DNA of 64,000 bases from a bacterium (GTDB lineage: Bacteria > Patescibacteriota > Patescibacteriia > SBBB01), in assembly GCA_005239895.1 (NCBI GenBank), contig SBBB01000022.1, positions 4,098 through 68,097 of the forward strand. Reading direction: 5' to 3'. Below, piece by piece: positions 17,267-27,926 of this stretch (the first letter of the stretch is position 1; each line of letters opens with the position of its first letter). The notes beneath the pieces were generated by a model. The model worked only from the letters and a program-made list of their open reading frames with translations, was not told where the DNA came from and searched no databases. The translations under genes and the position numbers were made by a program.

Positions 17267-18721
17267 TTGATAAGCTTTAAACAAAATATGATCAAAAAAC
17301 AAGACCAAAAATCTAAAATCGCTATACTAGGATTTGGGGGCGAAGGACAAGCTATTTTTAAATTTTTAAGCGCCAATAAAAACAATTTCATTACAATTTG
17401 TGATAAAAAAAGTAAATCTAATCTCATTAAGGATATTCCCGATTTGCAAATGTTAAAAAATCTAAAAAACAGTACAAAAGATAATCCAAGATGGCAGTGC
17501 GGAAAAAACTGGCTTAAAAACTTAAAATCTTTTGATGTAATTTATCGCAGTCCAGGCGTGCCCTACACGACCAAAGAAATTACATTAGCCCAAAAATCAA
17601 AAATAATAGTATCCAGTAGCACAAAACTATTTATGGAGCAATGTCATCAAACTATAATTGGAATAACTGGCACTAAAGGTAAGAGCACCACTGCTTCTAT
17701 TTTATACAACATTCTTAAACAAAATAAACTTTCAGTTAAAATAGGTGGAAACATGGGTGTGCCATTAATTTCTATCCTCCCTGATAAAAACCCTCAAAAA
17801 AATATAATAGTTGCAGAATTGTCCAGTTATCAACTCCAGGATTTAACAACATCCCCCCATATAGCCATAGTTTTAAATATAGAATCGGAGCACCTAAATG
17901 TTCATAAAAATATAAATGAATATTTTCAGGCAAAGGCCAATATCTTGCGTTACCAAACCAAACAAGACTACGCTATTTTAAATGCCGATCATGTGCTTGT
18001 AAAATCCATGTCTAATATAACGCCTGCTAAAATATATTATTTTAGCTCTACCACTCCAGTTGAAAACGGATGTTTTATTAAAAATCAAGAAATTATATGG
18101 AGAAAAAACAATAAAGAACGTAAAATTTTAAATTTAAATCAAATTTCTCTAAGAGGTAAACATAATTTAGAAAACATTTTAGCCGCAATCACAGCTAGTA
18201 TGATTTTGCGTCCAACCATCAAACTAGAGCAAGCTCTAAAAAAATTCAAGGGACTTCCCCATCGCTTAGAATTCATAAAACAAATCAAGGGTGTTAAATA
18301 TTATAATGATTCCGCTGCTACCACACCTATCGCAACTATAGCCGCTATTCAAGAACTTAAACCAAATGTCTTAATTTTGGGTGGATCGTTTAAAAACGCA
18401 AATTATAGAGCAGTGTGCGAAACTATATTAAAAAACCAAACACGCGAAATTATTTTAATAGGAGAAACCGCTCAGATTATTAAACAAATCTTGCAAAAAA
18501 TAGTTAATACACATAAAACCAAATATAAACTGCCGTTAATTCATGCTAAATCCAAAAATATGGCAAACATAATAGCAACTATTAATACTATTAGTCAACC
18601 AAACGATATCGTACTTTTATCACCAGCTTCAGCTAGTTTTGGAATGTTTGTAAATTACGTAGATCGAGGAAACCAGTTCAAAAAAGGAATTTTAGAAGAA
18701 AAACAAAAAGTTAAAAGCTAA
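17267..18721 (+). CDS. murD: UDP-N-acetylmuramoylalanine--D-glutamate ligase
   Basis: Mur ligase P-loop ITGTKGKSTT; N-terminal GFGGEG Rossmann-like motif; C-terminal LGGSFKNANY. Confidence 0.7.
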   Translation: MISFKQNMIKKQDQKSKIAILGFGGEGQAIFKFLSANKNNFITICDKKSKSNLIKDIPDLQMLKNLKNSTKDNPRWQCGKNWLKNLKSFDVIYRSPGVPYTTKEITLAQKSKIIVSSSTKLFMEQCHQTIIGITGTKGKSTTASILYNILKQNKLSVKIGGNMGVPLISILPDKNPQKNIIVAELSSYQLQDLTTSPHIAIVLNIESEHLNVHKNINEYFQAKANILRYQTKQDYAILNADHVLVKSMSNITPAKIYYFSSTTPVENGCFIKNQEIIWRKNNKERKILNLNQISLRGKHNLENILAAITASMILRPTIKLEQALKKFKGLPHRLEFIKQIKGVKYYNDSAATTPIATIAAIQELKPNVLILGGSFKNANYRAVCETILKNQTREIILIGETAQIIKQILQKIVNTHKTKYKLPLIHAKSKNMANIIATINTISQPNDIVLLSPASASFGMFVNYVDRGNQFKKGILEEKQKVKS

Positions 18722-18749
18722 AAGCTAACTCCTAATTCCTATTTCTATT

Positions 18750-19460
18750 ATGTTTAAAAAATATTTTTGGTTAAAATTAATAATAATTGCGATTGTTCTT
18801 ATTGTTATAGCAACTATTTTTACATCTCCTAAAAACAATGTACCTAAAAATGATAAAATAAACTTTACAGCCAACTCGTCAAATAAACAATCCTCAACTA
18901 TTACTAATGATTATTCCTTGGCTTTAAATGATTATAGTCCTCATATTGGAGAAAATAATGCTGATATAATTATAATTGAATTCGCTGATTTTCAATGTTC
19001 GGCATCTAAAGAAGCTTTTCCGATTATTCGGGAACTAATCAGTGAATATGGCAACAAAATAAAATATATTTATAGACACTTTCCCTTAGCTGATCGAGCT
19101 GATGTTTCTGGTAAAATAGCTGAAGCATCTATGTGCGCCAATGATCAAGGTAAATTTTTTAATTTTCATGATAAGGCTTTTCAAAATCAAGATAATTTTT
19201 CTGGGCTTTCCGATATATATTTATACGCTAAACAAATTGGAATCAATACCGAACAGTTTACCAAGTGCTTGGGTAGTGGCAAATATATAAATTTAATTAA
19301 AAAAGATACTAGCGATGGTGCGAAATTAGGCATCAGGGGAACACCTACCTGGTTTTTATTTACGAAAGACCATAAATGGTATAAAATAGAAGGAGCAATT
19401 CCTAAAAATTTATTTAAACAAGCCATAGATGATTTACTAAAAAATTCTCAAATAAAATAA
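18750..19460 (+). CDS. DsbA-family thioredoxin-like thiol:disulfide oxidoreductase (N-terminal TM anchor)
   Basis: FADFQCSAS active-site region and CANDQGKFFNFHD, typical of the DsbA/BdbD family. Confidence 0.65.
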   Translation: MFKKYFWLKLIIIAIVLIVIATIFTSPKNNVPKNDKINFTANSSNKQSSTITNDYSLALNDYSPHIGENNADIIIIEFADFQCSASKEAFPIIRELISEYGNKIKYIYRHFPLADRADVSGKIAEASMCANDQGKFFNFHDKAFQNQDNFSGLSDIYLYAKQIGINTEQFTKCLGSGKYINLIKKDTSDGAKLGIRGTPTWFLFTKDHKWYKIEGAIPKNLFKQAIDDLLKNSQIK

Positions 19461-19464
19461 TTTT

Positions 19465-20301
19465 ATGCCAAATTTAAAATTCAAATCCAAATACACTATA
19501 ATCCTATTTATTGTATTAATTTTATTTACACCAAACGTAAGTCTACTACACGCAGATACTAATACACTAAATTTTCAGTCTCCACTGGACGGACAAAAAA
19601 CAATATCATTATGTGAAGGAGACAAATGTTCAGGTATTGGAATTTACATAATAATGTTATACAAATATGGACTATCTATTGTCGGCGCATTAGTTGTAAT
19701 CGTGATGATGATTGCTGGAGTTATATATTTAACAGCAGGTGGCAACATCACTCAAGTTACAACTGCCAAAACATTTATAAAAAACGCTCTTACGGGTTTA
19801 GTCTTATTATTAACTTCATATTTATTGTTTATAACTATAAATCCAGAGTTGGTTCAATTTAAGCCACTTAGTATTAAACAGGTTAAAAATGTACCGGAGG
19901 TAAAAGAAGCAGAATATAGTTGTTCTCAACATAATAACAATATCACGAACTGCAAAAGCGCTCAAAGCAAGGGCTGTGTCTACGAAGGATATACTTGTAG
20001 AAAAAGGTGTGCAGACAGAAATATTAGTAACTGTAAAACAGATAACAAGTGTACATATATAGACGGGAATTGCAAGGATATAACAACAGCAGTAACAGAA
20101 CATCAGCAGAAGAGTGGGCTTACCGCTGATTGCGATAAATATAATAGTGGTATTAACGACGAAACAGGGTGCAAGGCTGACAGAAATTGCGATTACGCAA
20201 AGAATACCGGATGCGCTTGCTGCATGTACACTCCAGATTTTATAGCTGGGTTGTCTGCTGGTAGTTCCTGTAAAACTACTAATAAACAATTCTGCTATTA
20301 A
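19465..20301 (+). CDS. secreted/membrane Cys-rich protein (278 aa, ~20 Cys in the C-terminal half)
   Basis: Signal/TM segments followed by a Cys-rich domain (CKSAQSKGCVYEGYTCRKRCADRNISNCKTDNKC...). Confidence 0.5.
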   Translation: MPNLKFKSKYTIILFIVLILFTPNVSLLHADTNTLNFQSPLDGQKTISLCEGDKCSGIGIYIIMLYKYGLSIVGALVVIVMMIAGVIYLTAGGNITQVTTAKTFIKNALTGLVLLLTSYLLFITINPELVQFKPLSIKQVKNVPEVKEAEYSCSQHNNNITNCKSAQSKGCVYEGYTCRKRCADRNISNCKTDNKCTYIDGNCKDITTAVTEHQQKSGLTADCDKYNSGINDETGCKADRNCDYAKNTGCACCMYTPDFIAGLSAGSSCKTTNKQFCY

Positions 20302-20375
20302 TAATATCCTTAAATCAGTGGTGCTATAAATAACTACTTGAAATCTCGGCAGCTTGCTGACCCTACAACAAACTA

Positions 20376-20406
20376 ACAATTAACAACGCTACAATATTAA
20401 TAATTT
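20376..20406 (-). pseudogene. Duplicated fragment of the hppA 3' end (encodes ..QIINIVALLI, compare hppA C-terminus [14 protein letters not shown])
   Basis: AACGCTACAATATTAATAA occurs at both 20385 and 20768. Confidence 0.4.
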
Positions 20407-20534
20407 GTAATCTGAATTCCCATTGCTTTTCTTGTCATTTCCGCGACTTGCCCTTCAAAGCCTTGGCGTAGGAGGGTGGGGGAATCCAGGAGCGTGCACG
20501 CTTGCAATTACTGCTCCAACCAATGTTAATATTA

Positions 20535-20643
20535 AACCCCGTTAGAGATTATAAAAACCAGTGTTGTCTATTTTAGATATAATTATTATTACTAGCTTGT
20601 TTAATTATAAGTATCAAGTACATATCTCCAACAGGGATTGACA
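20535..20643. mobile_element. Degenerate MITE-like repeat, copy E5 (homologous to 57059-57172)
   Basis: AACCCCGTTAGAGATTAT ... AGTATCAAGTACATATCTCCAACAGGGATTGACA aligns with copy E4. Confidence 0.45.
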
Positions 20644-20662
20644 TTCGTCTAATAATCGCCTA

Positions 20663-20700
20663 ATAATTGCCTATCATGTTTGGTGATCGGATCACCAAAC
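20663..20700 (+). terminator. Hairpin ATGTTTGGTGATC-GGATCACCAAACAT plus TGGTTTTTT
   Basis: 13-bp perfect stem plus a T-run; a related palindrome lies at 58007-58036. Confidence 0.55.
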
Positions 20701-20742
20701 ATTGGTTTTTTAAAACTCTTGTATAAAACTATTTTAACAACC

Positions 20743-22737
20743 TTACAACAACGACACAACCAATAACGCTACAATATTAATAACTTTCAACATGGGATTA
20801 ATAGCTGGGCCAGCAGTATCTTTGTAAGGATCACCAACTGTATCACCAGTTACAGCTGCAGCATGAGCTTGAGAACCTTTACCGCCGTAATTACCTTTTT
20901 CAATATATTTTTTAGCATTATCCCACGCAGCACCTCCGGTAGTCATAGATATCGCTACAAATAATCCTGTAACCAAACTTCCAATGAGCACTCCCATCAA
21001 AGCTGTTCTTCCTAAAATAAACCCAACTAAAACAGTTACTAATACCGGTAAAATAGCCGGTAAAACCATTTCCTTAAGAGCAGCCTTAGTAACAACATCA
21101 ACACATTTACCGTAATCTGGTTTAGTCTTATACTCCATAATTCCAGGCAACTCTTTAAACTGTCTTCTAACTTCTATTACAACGCTCTGTGCTGTTTTAC
21201 CAACTGCTCGCATAGCCAATGATCCAAAAGCATAAGGCAATAATCCACCCAATAACAGACCAATCAATATTTCAGGTTCAGAAAAATTAATCACTACACT
21301 TTTCTGCAATAAATTCTGAACTTCTTGATTGTACAATGAAAATAAAGTCAAACTAGCTAAAGCCGCAGAGCCAATGGCATAACCCTTGGTTACAGCCTTA
21401 GTTGTATTTCCTACTGCATCCAAAGCATCGGTTGTTTTACGAATATCCTTAGGCATATCTGACATTTCAGCTATACCGCCCGCATTATCTGTAATAGGAC
21501 CATAAGCGTCAATTGCCACAATCATTCCCGCAATAGATAACATGCCTAGGCTTGCCAAAGCTACGCCATAAATACCAACAAAGCTATAACTAACCCAAAT
21601 ACCAGCTAAAATAATAACTGTCGGTAAAATACAAGATTCTAAAGACAAAGCTAATCCTTCAATAATATTAGTACCGTGTCCAGTCGACGAAGCTTTAGCT
21701 AAGTTTTGAACTGGTTTAAAACTACAAGAAGTATAGTAATCAGTTACTAACATTAACAATGAAGATACAAACAAACCTGTTAACAATGCTCCCCAAATTT
21801 TCAAAGGAGAATAAATAGCATTATTAACAAAAAATTTATCAGCAATAAAATAGAACAATACAGCAGCAATAGCAACGCTTGCCCACAAACCCTTATACAA
21901 AGCTGACATGATTTTTTCTCCTTTTAGTTTAATAAACATAACACCAATCAATGAGGCCAAAACACCAGCCCCAGCTATACTCAAAATATATCCTTGATCG
22001 TATCCAGGAAATTGCATTTTAGATAACAAAATAGCAGCCGTGATTGTTACGACATAAGTTTCAAATAAATCAGCTGCCATACCAGCACAGTCCCCTACAT
22101 TATCTCCAACATTATCAGCAATAGTTGCTGGATTGCGTGGATCATCTTCAGGAATGCCAGCTTCTACTTTTCCAACCAAATCAGCTCCAACATCAGCAGC
22201 TTTAGTATAAATACCTCCACCTAATCTAGCAAAAACTGAAATTAAACTTGACCCAAAACTTAATCCTAGCAAAGCATGCACCAATGAATCATTCCCTGCA
22301 AAAGTATAAACTACTAATATACTTAATAACCCTAAACCAACAACCAAAAAACCAGTCACAGCCCCACCCTTAATTGATAAATCAAACGCTCGTTTTAAAC
22401 CATGCTCAGCTGCCTGAGCTACGCGCACATTAGATCGTACCGAAGCAAACATACTTAAAAATCCAACCAAGCCAGACATAAATGCTCCAAATAAAAATCC
22501 CCAAGCCGCAACATCTCCTAAAAATTTCCAAATTGCAATAAGTAAAACCAAAGCAACTATCGCAATAGTTTTATATTGTCTAATTAAAAAAGCTTTAGAG
22601 CCAGCTTGAATAGCAGCTGCTATTTCTTTCATTTTGTGGTTTCCATCTGGTTGCTGCATAATTATATATATTAAATAAAAACTATAACCAACAGACATAA
22701 TACTTATTAACCATGAAAAATATAAAAAATTAAGCAT
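20743..22737 (-). CDS. hppA: membrane-bound proton/sodium-translocating pyrophosphatase
   Basis: Multiple H+-PPase signatures ([51 protein letters not shown]). The true start is probably internal, near [11 protein letters not shown]. Confidence 0.9.
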   Translation of the reverse strand: MLNFLYFSWLISIMSVGYSFYLIYIIMQQPDGNHKMKEIAAAIQAGSKAFLIRQYKTIAIVALVLLIAIWKFLGDVAAWGFLFGAFMSGLVGFLSMFASVRSNVRVAQAAEHGLKRAFDLSIKGGAVTGFLVVGLGLLSILVVYTFAGNDSLVHALLGLSFGSSLISVFARLGGGIYTKAADVGADLVGKVEAGIPEDDPRNPATIADNVGDNVGDCAGMAADLFETYVVTITAAILLSKMQFPGYDQGYILSIAGAGVLASLIGVMFIKLKGEKIMSALYKGLWASVAIAAVLFYFIADKFFVNNAIYSPLKIWGALLTGLFVSSLLMLVTDYYTSCSFKPVQNLAKASSTGHGTNIIEGLALSLESCILPTVIILAGIWVSYSFVGIYGVALASLGMLSIAGMIVAIDAYGPITDNAGGIAEMSDMPKDIRKTTDALDAVGNTTKAVTKGYAIGSAALASLTLFSLYNQEVQNLLQKSVVINFSEPEILIGLLLGGLLPYAFGSLAMRAVGKTAQSVVIEVRRQFKELPGIMEYKTKPDYGKCVDVVTKAALKEMVLPAILPVLVTVLVGFILGRTALMGVLIGSLVTGLFVAISMTTGGAAWDNAKKYIEKGNYGGKGSQAHAAAVTGDTVGDPYKDTAGPAINPMLKVINIVALLVVSLL

Positions 22738-22965
22738 AAAAAATATATTACAAATTAAATGAATTAAATTTTACATTTAGACCTCCAAACAGTATCATAA
22801 AGGGCTAATAATAACAAGACTTTGTAAAGTTCACCCGCCTAAACTTATAATTGCTAGTCACCATACTTATATTGTTTAAATATCTCATCAGACGATAACC
22901 ATACCACAACGGAATAAGTTTTGGCGGGTGAATAAAGTCAATCCAGTTAAAAGTTTATAAAGTAA

Positions 22966-24264
22966 TTATTTTTTAACAGATTCATTCATACAATACGAAC
23001 ACCCTGTAGATGCCACTAAAATCCAAAATAAAATTGCTAAATCATTTTTAAAATACGGAACGTCAACTAAACCGTGGACTAGTAAAGTTAGCATGGCAGC
23101 CATAATAGCTATTACTATTGATCTATGGGAGCTCGACTGAACTATCAAACGCCGACCTAAATAAAAAAAGTAACCTATCAATAATATAAAAATCAACAAT
23201 CCGAACAAACCAATCTCACTCCAAAAATTTAAAATAATATTATGAGGATATAAGTAAACCTCAACGCCTTGAATTTTATGGTACGATCTAAATATATCTG
23301 GATATCCAGCTAAACCAGCTCCAAATATAAAATTATGTTTTAACATTTGAGATGTTTCACCCCACTGACCAAGTCTTACGCTTAAACCTGGATCATGGCA
23401 GACCTTAGAAGTAAAACAATTTAATTTGTCATTTGTATATTTGTTTAGGATAGGTACAAATAAAACCCCAAATAATATAACTGCTAAAATACTATAAAAT
23501 AATTTAGGTTTAATTTTATTATACATTATCCATAGTGTACCCATTATAACCCCTAACCACGCTCCTTCGGTTTTAGAATAAATAATTGCTAACAAAGAAC
23601 ATCCGATCACACTAATATAAAAAAACAATTGCGGGCGCTCAAATATTTCGCATTTTTTAGATTGTAAATAATTCCACAATAAACCAATATACAAAACAAT
23701 TATGGGAGCTAGAAACAAACCAACTGCATTGGGATAACCATAAAAACTAGTTGATCTGCGAATTTCAGAAGCAAACCACGCGTCTGGAATAAAAACACCC
23801 GTAAATTTTTGATAAATTGCCAGGCCTGCAACTATTAAAGCGCTTAACCCTAAAGATTTAAAAATTATATTCAGAGATGCTTCATCTTTAACAATGTTTA
23901 TTAAAACTAGTATCAATAATATGGGTTCTAAAAAATAAGCTTTCCAAATTCCTAAAGCTGAAACAAGGTTTGGTGTATAAAATAAACTTAAAGTCGCGCT
24001 AAATAAAAACAAATAGGCTATAATGTATAGCCATTTTAGTTTTGAATTCCAAAAAATATCTAATAAATGATTACGATTTTTATAACCTACAACCAAAAAC
24101 AAACACCAAAGCATTCCTTCTAATAAAGTAAAAGGAACGAACCCCAGCTTGAAACGGATTAAATAAGTTGGCAGTAAAATAATAATAAGGCCCAACCCCT
24201 GAATAAGATTTTTATGAAGCAACCAAGCAAATAGTGATAAATAAATACAAATTAAAACAAGCAC
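22966..24264 (-). CDS. O-antigen ligase (Wzy_C)-like polytopic membrane protein
   Basis: About 12 TM helices; periplasmic loop with PHNIILNFWSEIGLFG (Wzy_C H-N..E-G motif). Confidence 0.5.
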   Translation of the reverse strand: MLVLICIYLSLFAWLLHKNLIQGLGLIIILLPTYLIRFKLGFVPFTLLEGMLWCLFLVVGYKNRNHLLDIFWNSKLKWLYIIAYLFLFSATLSLFYTPNLVSALGIWKAYFLEPILLILVLINIVKDEASLNIIFKSLGLSALIVAGLAIYQKFTGVFIPDAWFASEIRRSTSFYGYPNAVGLFLAPIIVLYIGLLWNYLQSKKCEIFERPQLFFYISVIGCSLLAIIYSKTEGAWLGVIMGTLWIMYNKIKPKLFYSILAVILFGVLFVPILNKYTNDKLNCFTSKVCHDPGLSVRLGQWGETSQMLKHNFIFGAGLAGYPDIFRSYHKIQGVEVYLYPHNIILNFWSEIGLFGLLIFILLIGYFFYLGRRLIVQSSSHRSIVIAIMAAMLTLLVHGLVDVPYFKNDLAILFWILVASTGCSYCMNESVKK

Positions 24265-24345
24265 ATTGTAAGATTAAAAAATATCTGATCTCCCTTGCTC
24301 TAACTAACCCGGAGGACTAAAAAGCTAAAAAGCTAAGAAGCCATA

Positions 24346-25548
24346 TTACTCTTCTTGATCTGGAACTACAGTTTCAACTTGATTATTTGTTTCAAGTTGA
24401 TCGTTTGTTGTTTGTGCATTGGTGTTTTTAGTTTTAATATCAATATTATAACCTGTAAGTTTAACAGCCAATCTAACGTTTTGACCAGCTTTGCCAATAG
24501 CTAAAGAAACCTGACTGTCGTCAACCTCCACTATAGCTCTTTTTTCAATCTTATTAACCGTAACACTTAAAACTTTGGCAGGCAGTAAAGAATTGGAAAT
24601 ATATTCTTCCACATTATCACTGTAAGCAATAATATCAATTTTTTCTCCACCCACTTCAGAGATAATGGTGTTTATCCTAGCTCCATCCTGACCAATGCAT
24701 GCTCCGACAGGATCAATTTTGGAACTCTTGGTAAAAACAGCAATTTTAGAGCGACTACCAGGCTCGCGACTAATGGATTTTATTTCCACTAAACCATTTT
24801 TAATTTCTATTACTTCATTCGCGCAAATTTGTTTTAATAATTCCGGATGAGTTCGGGACACCACTACATTTGAACCCTTAGTGTTATTACCAACTGAAAC
24901 CACAAAAAATTTCATTCGGCTTCCGGTTTTGTATTGTTCACGCACAACTTGCTCGCTCTGCGGTAAAATAGCTATAGTTTTATCAATCTCAACTAAAATA
25001 TTACGTTGATCATAACGCTGAACCTGACCCACCACAACCTTACCTTCTAATTTGCTTAAAGTATTAAAAACAACTTCGCGCTCTGTCTCGCGCAATTTTT
25101 GTAAAATCACTTGTTTAGCAGTTTGAATCGCAACCCTTCCATATTCTTGAGGAATCGTTAGCGGTAATTTGATTTCTTCACCAACCTGAATATTTGGTTC
25201 AATCTTTTGCGCTTCGGATAAAGTAATATTAAATCTAGGATTAAATCTCTCGATTATATCACTTTCTCCATCTGTGTCAGACGGAACATTAGCATTCTCT
25301 TTAACCGAAGAAATAGTGTTTTGTATAAAATCCTCAAAAAGACTGTCTTCCACCACAGTCTTAAGATCAAAAACTTGATTTTGACCAGTCTCAATATCAA
25401 AATGCGCTTTAATATTTTGATTCCTCTGTCCATAGTCTTTATTGTACGCGGCTGCTAACGCTAATTCAATGGCTTCAATGACAGCTGTCGTAGGAATACC
25501 CTTATCATCGCAAATTTGTTTAATCATGAACGAAATTGTTTGTTGCAT
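24346..25548 (-). CDS. nusA: transcription termination/antitermination factor NusA
   Basis: N-terminal domain, S1 and two KH domains (GACIGQDGARINTI..., AIGKAGQNVRLA). Confidence 0.85.
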   Translation of the reverse strand: MQQTISFMIKQICDDKGIPTTAVIEAIELALAAAYNKDYGQRNQNIKAHFDIETGQNQVFDLKTVVEDSLFEDFIQNTISSVKENANVPSDTDGESDIIERFNPRFNITLSEAQKIEPNIQVGEEIKLPLTIPQEYGRVAIQTAKQVILQKLRETEREVVFNTLSKLEGKVVVGQVQRYDQRNILVEIDKTIAILPQSEQVVREQYKTGSRMKFFVVSVGNNTKGSNVVVSRTHPELLKQICANEVIEIKNGLVEIKSISREPGSRSKIAVFTKSSKIDPVGACIGQDGARINTIISEVGGEKIDIIAYSDNVEEYISNSLLPAKVLSVTVNKIEKRAIVEVDDSQVSLAIGKAGQNVRLAVKLTGYNIDIKTKNTNAQTTNDQLETNNQVETVVPDQEE

Positions 25549-25578
25549 AATAATTTTTTAACTTTTAACTTTTTACTT

Positions 25579-26892
25579 TTATCTAGATTTAAAATAACTC
25601 AAGGGATTAGTTCGCTTACCATTCCTAATAATTTCATAATGTACATGCGGACCAGTAGATCTTCCTGTTGAACCTACTAAACCAATAACCTGATTTCTTT
25701 GAACTATATCTCCGTTTTTGACCAATAATTTACTACTATGAGCATAACGAGTCAAAATATTATTAGGATGTTGAATTAATACTTGATACCCATATCCGCG
25801 TATCCAACCAGCTTTAATTACTTTACCAGGAGCAGACGCAAATATAGGATCGCCCATTCTTCCGTGTAAATCTATACCATTATGTCTCCAAGTAAAATAT
25901 TGATTAATTTTCTTACTAAGCACAGGCCATACCATGTCATAAGCCAATTTTCCGCCAATGTTACCAGCCCAAGATTTATTAGCATAACGTAAAGCTACAT
26001 ACACCTTGCGTTCATTTGCTAATTGAACCCCGGGAATAATTAAAACCTGACCACTTTTAATATCCTTTTCATTAATCAAGCGATTAAAGGCTATAATTTT
26101 TTGATTATCAGTTTGAAACTTGGTAGAAATTCTGGCAAGTGTATCTCCTTCTTTAATTTTATACGATATTCCCGTAATAGGCAAAATTCTCAACTTATCA
26201 CCTGGTTTTAAGTAAGCTCCGGAATATAAACCATTCTCAGTTAAAATCGTATCCACACTAATTTCAAATTGATTGGCAATACTAGATAAAGAATCTCCAA
26301 CTTTTACAATATACTCAGTGATATTGTTAGTGTAATTACGAATGTTTTGACTAGCAATCAAATTGGGCTTTATTAAAACATTGTCATTTAAATTAAACAA
26401 CAAACCTTCCACACCAACGCCTGCATCTAAATCAGAAATATTCGTTACATGACTACGAATACTTAAAAGATTATTTGCATTGCTAACGTCATCTAACACC
26501 ATGCTATTTTGATCACGAATAACAGCATCTTCTGGGTCCATAAAATCCACTAATAAATTAGTGTTTCCTAAACTATATGTCACTGAATTACGCGTAAAAA
26601 AATTATAGCCAATCAAAAATATTGCCAAAAATGTAAATACCAAAACACCAAAATATTGCGTTAAAAAATTTATCACCACCTGACTGCGAAACTGCTTATC
26701 ATCTTCTAATAAAAGTTTTTTTAGCTTAAGCTTACCACGATAAAGAATATAAGTAACAAAAACAACCATTGTTTTTACCCTTTTTACTATAAACAACAAG
26801 ACTTGTTGTAACCCAAACAACAGTTTATGAACTATTGATAATACAAGCTTCAAAAAACCTATAAACAGCTTTAAATACGGCAATTTAGACAT
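25579..26892 (-). CDS. M23-family metallopeptidase with two LysM domains
   Basis: LysM (YIVKVGDSLSSIANQF; YKIKEGDTLARISTKF) and M23 (HNGIDL...GSTGRSTGPHVHYEI). Confidence 0.8.
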   Translation of the reverse strand: MSKLPYLKLFIGFLKLVLSIVHKLLFGLQQVLLFIVKRVKTMVVFVTYILYRGKLKLKKLLLEDDKQFRSQVVINFLTQYFGVLVFTFLAIFLIGYNFFTRNSVTYSLGNTNLLVDFMDPEDAVIRDQNSMVLDDVSNANNLLSIRSHVTNISDLDAGVGVEGLLFNLNDNVLIKPNLIASQNIRNYTNNITEYIVKVGDSLSSIANQFEISVDTILTENGLYSGAYLKPGDKLRILPITGISYKIKEGDTLARISTKFQTDNQKIIAFNRLINEKDIKSGQVLIIPGVQLANERKVYVALRYANKSWAGNIGGKLAYDMVWPVLSKKINQYFTWRHNGIDLHGRMGDPIFASAPGKVIKAGWIRGYGYQVLIQHPNNILTRYAHSSKLLVKNGDIVQRNQVIGLVGSTGRSTGPHVHYEIIRNGKRTNPLSYFKSR

Positions 26893-27099
26893 ATAATACT
26901 AAAATATCCAGGTCGCCCTGGATATATGTATTGTATAACATGGTCTAGTAAATGTCAAGTAGTTGTATCCGTCCATCTCATTCTGGTGGCCTGCAAAGTT
27001 CAGGATATGAATGAGTTTGAGTAATATAATTTTTTGAAAAAATCATATTTTAGAATTCTAAAAAACGTAACATTAGCGATTATTATATAAAATTAATAT

Positions 27100-27130
27100 G
27101 CGAAAGGGGTTTTAGAGCGCCCCTTTCGCA
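27100..27130 (-). terminator. Hairpin GCGAAAGGGG-N9-CCCCTTTCGC downstream of ORF 27205-27741
   Basis: 10-bp perfect GC-rich stem. Confidence 0.4.
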
Positions 27131-27204
27131 AAAATAAATATCATTATGAAGCGTTTTTAGATTTCAACAAAAAGCTCAGCAATAAACTGCCGAGTGACCA
27201 GACT

Positions 27205-27741
27205 TTAATTACGCGACTTTACTGGTTTGTCATTCAAGGCCACTATGTGTATAGCCTTGGGCACCTTACCTACATACCCAGAGCGATACTGGATAAGCAT
27301 CAGACCAGACGAAATATGCATATAGCTGAGTATGCCTGATGGTTGTGACAATCCCACAAGCTTACCACTAAAATTCACAATAAAAAAATCCGCAGGCATA
27401 AAATCTCTAAATAGACCAATACCTGCTTGTGGTTTCAATAAACCCTGAAGATATTTTTTATTGTCTACTCTATCGTCATAGAGCAACACACTTCCGCCGC
27501 TCATTCTTGTCAACTCGGCCTTATGGGGCAACCAGTTTTGTACTGATATTCCAAGCACCTTGTCGGCCTGTAAAAATAAATCCTTACTACTCAAGGCATC
27601 ATCAACAAACCGCGAACAATGCCCAGGTAAAAACTTATCAGACCCCAGATACCCTGTAATAATATTCGGTGCCAATGCCAATACTGTTGTCATTTTTGTA
27701 CCTCCTTTGTTAAGTGCTAGAACCGGAATCACCATGATCAT
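27205..27741 (-). CDS. hypothetical protein (178 aa) in a higher-GC patch
   Basis: ORF with atypical (GC-richer) composition; no recognised motif. Confidence 0.4.
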   Translation of the reverse strand: MIMVIPVLALNKGGTKMTTVLALAPNIITGYLGSDKFLPGHCSRFVDDALSSKDLFLQADKVLGISVQNWLPHKAELTRMSGGSVLLYDDRVDNKKYLQGLLKPQAGIGLFRDFMPADFFIVNFSGKLVGLSQPSGILSYMHISSGLMLIQYRSGYVGKVPKAIHIVALNDKPVKSRN

Positions 27742-27845
27742 TACGTAACTGCCCTAGACAGTTCCAACCGACCCACTGAAAACATTATTAGTTTCAGCTT
27801 ACAATCTAAAATATAATTCTAAACTCTAAGCTAAAACCAAAAATC

Positions 27846-27876
27846 CGCCTAAATTCACAGGGTGAATTTAGGTGGA
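27846..27876 (-). terminator. ileS terminator: CCACCTAAATTCA-cccug-UGAAUUUAGGCGG plus AUUUUUGGUUUU (minus strand)
   Basis: 13-bp stem with a U-run, ~50 nt after the ileS stop. Confidence 0.6.
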
Positions 27877-27926
27877 TAAATTCTCAATTCATCGTTAATG
27901 GTTCTATTTTGGTTGGAATGACAAGG

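Noticed and set aside
19822-20379. 185-aa minus-strand ORF
   Set aside because: Antisense to the Cys-rich gene; its start lies in the duplicated hppA 3' fragment; no RBS.
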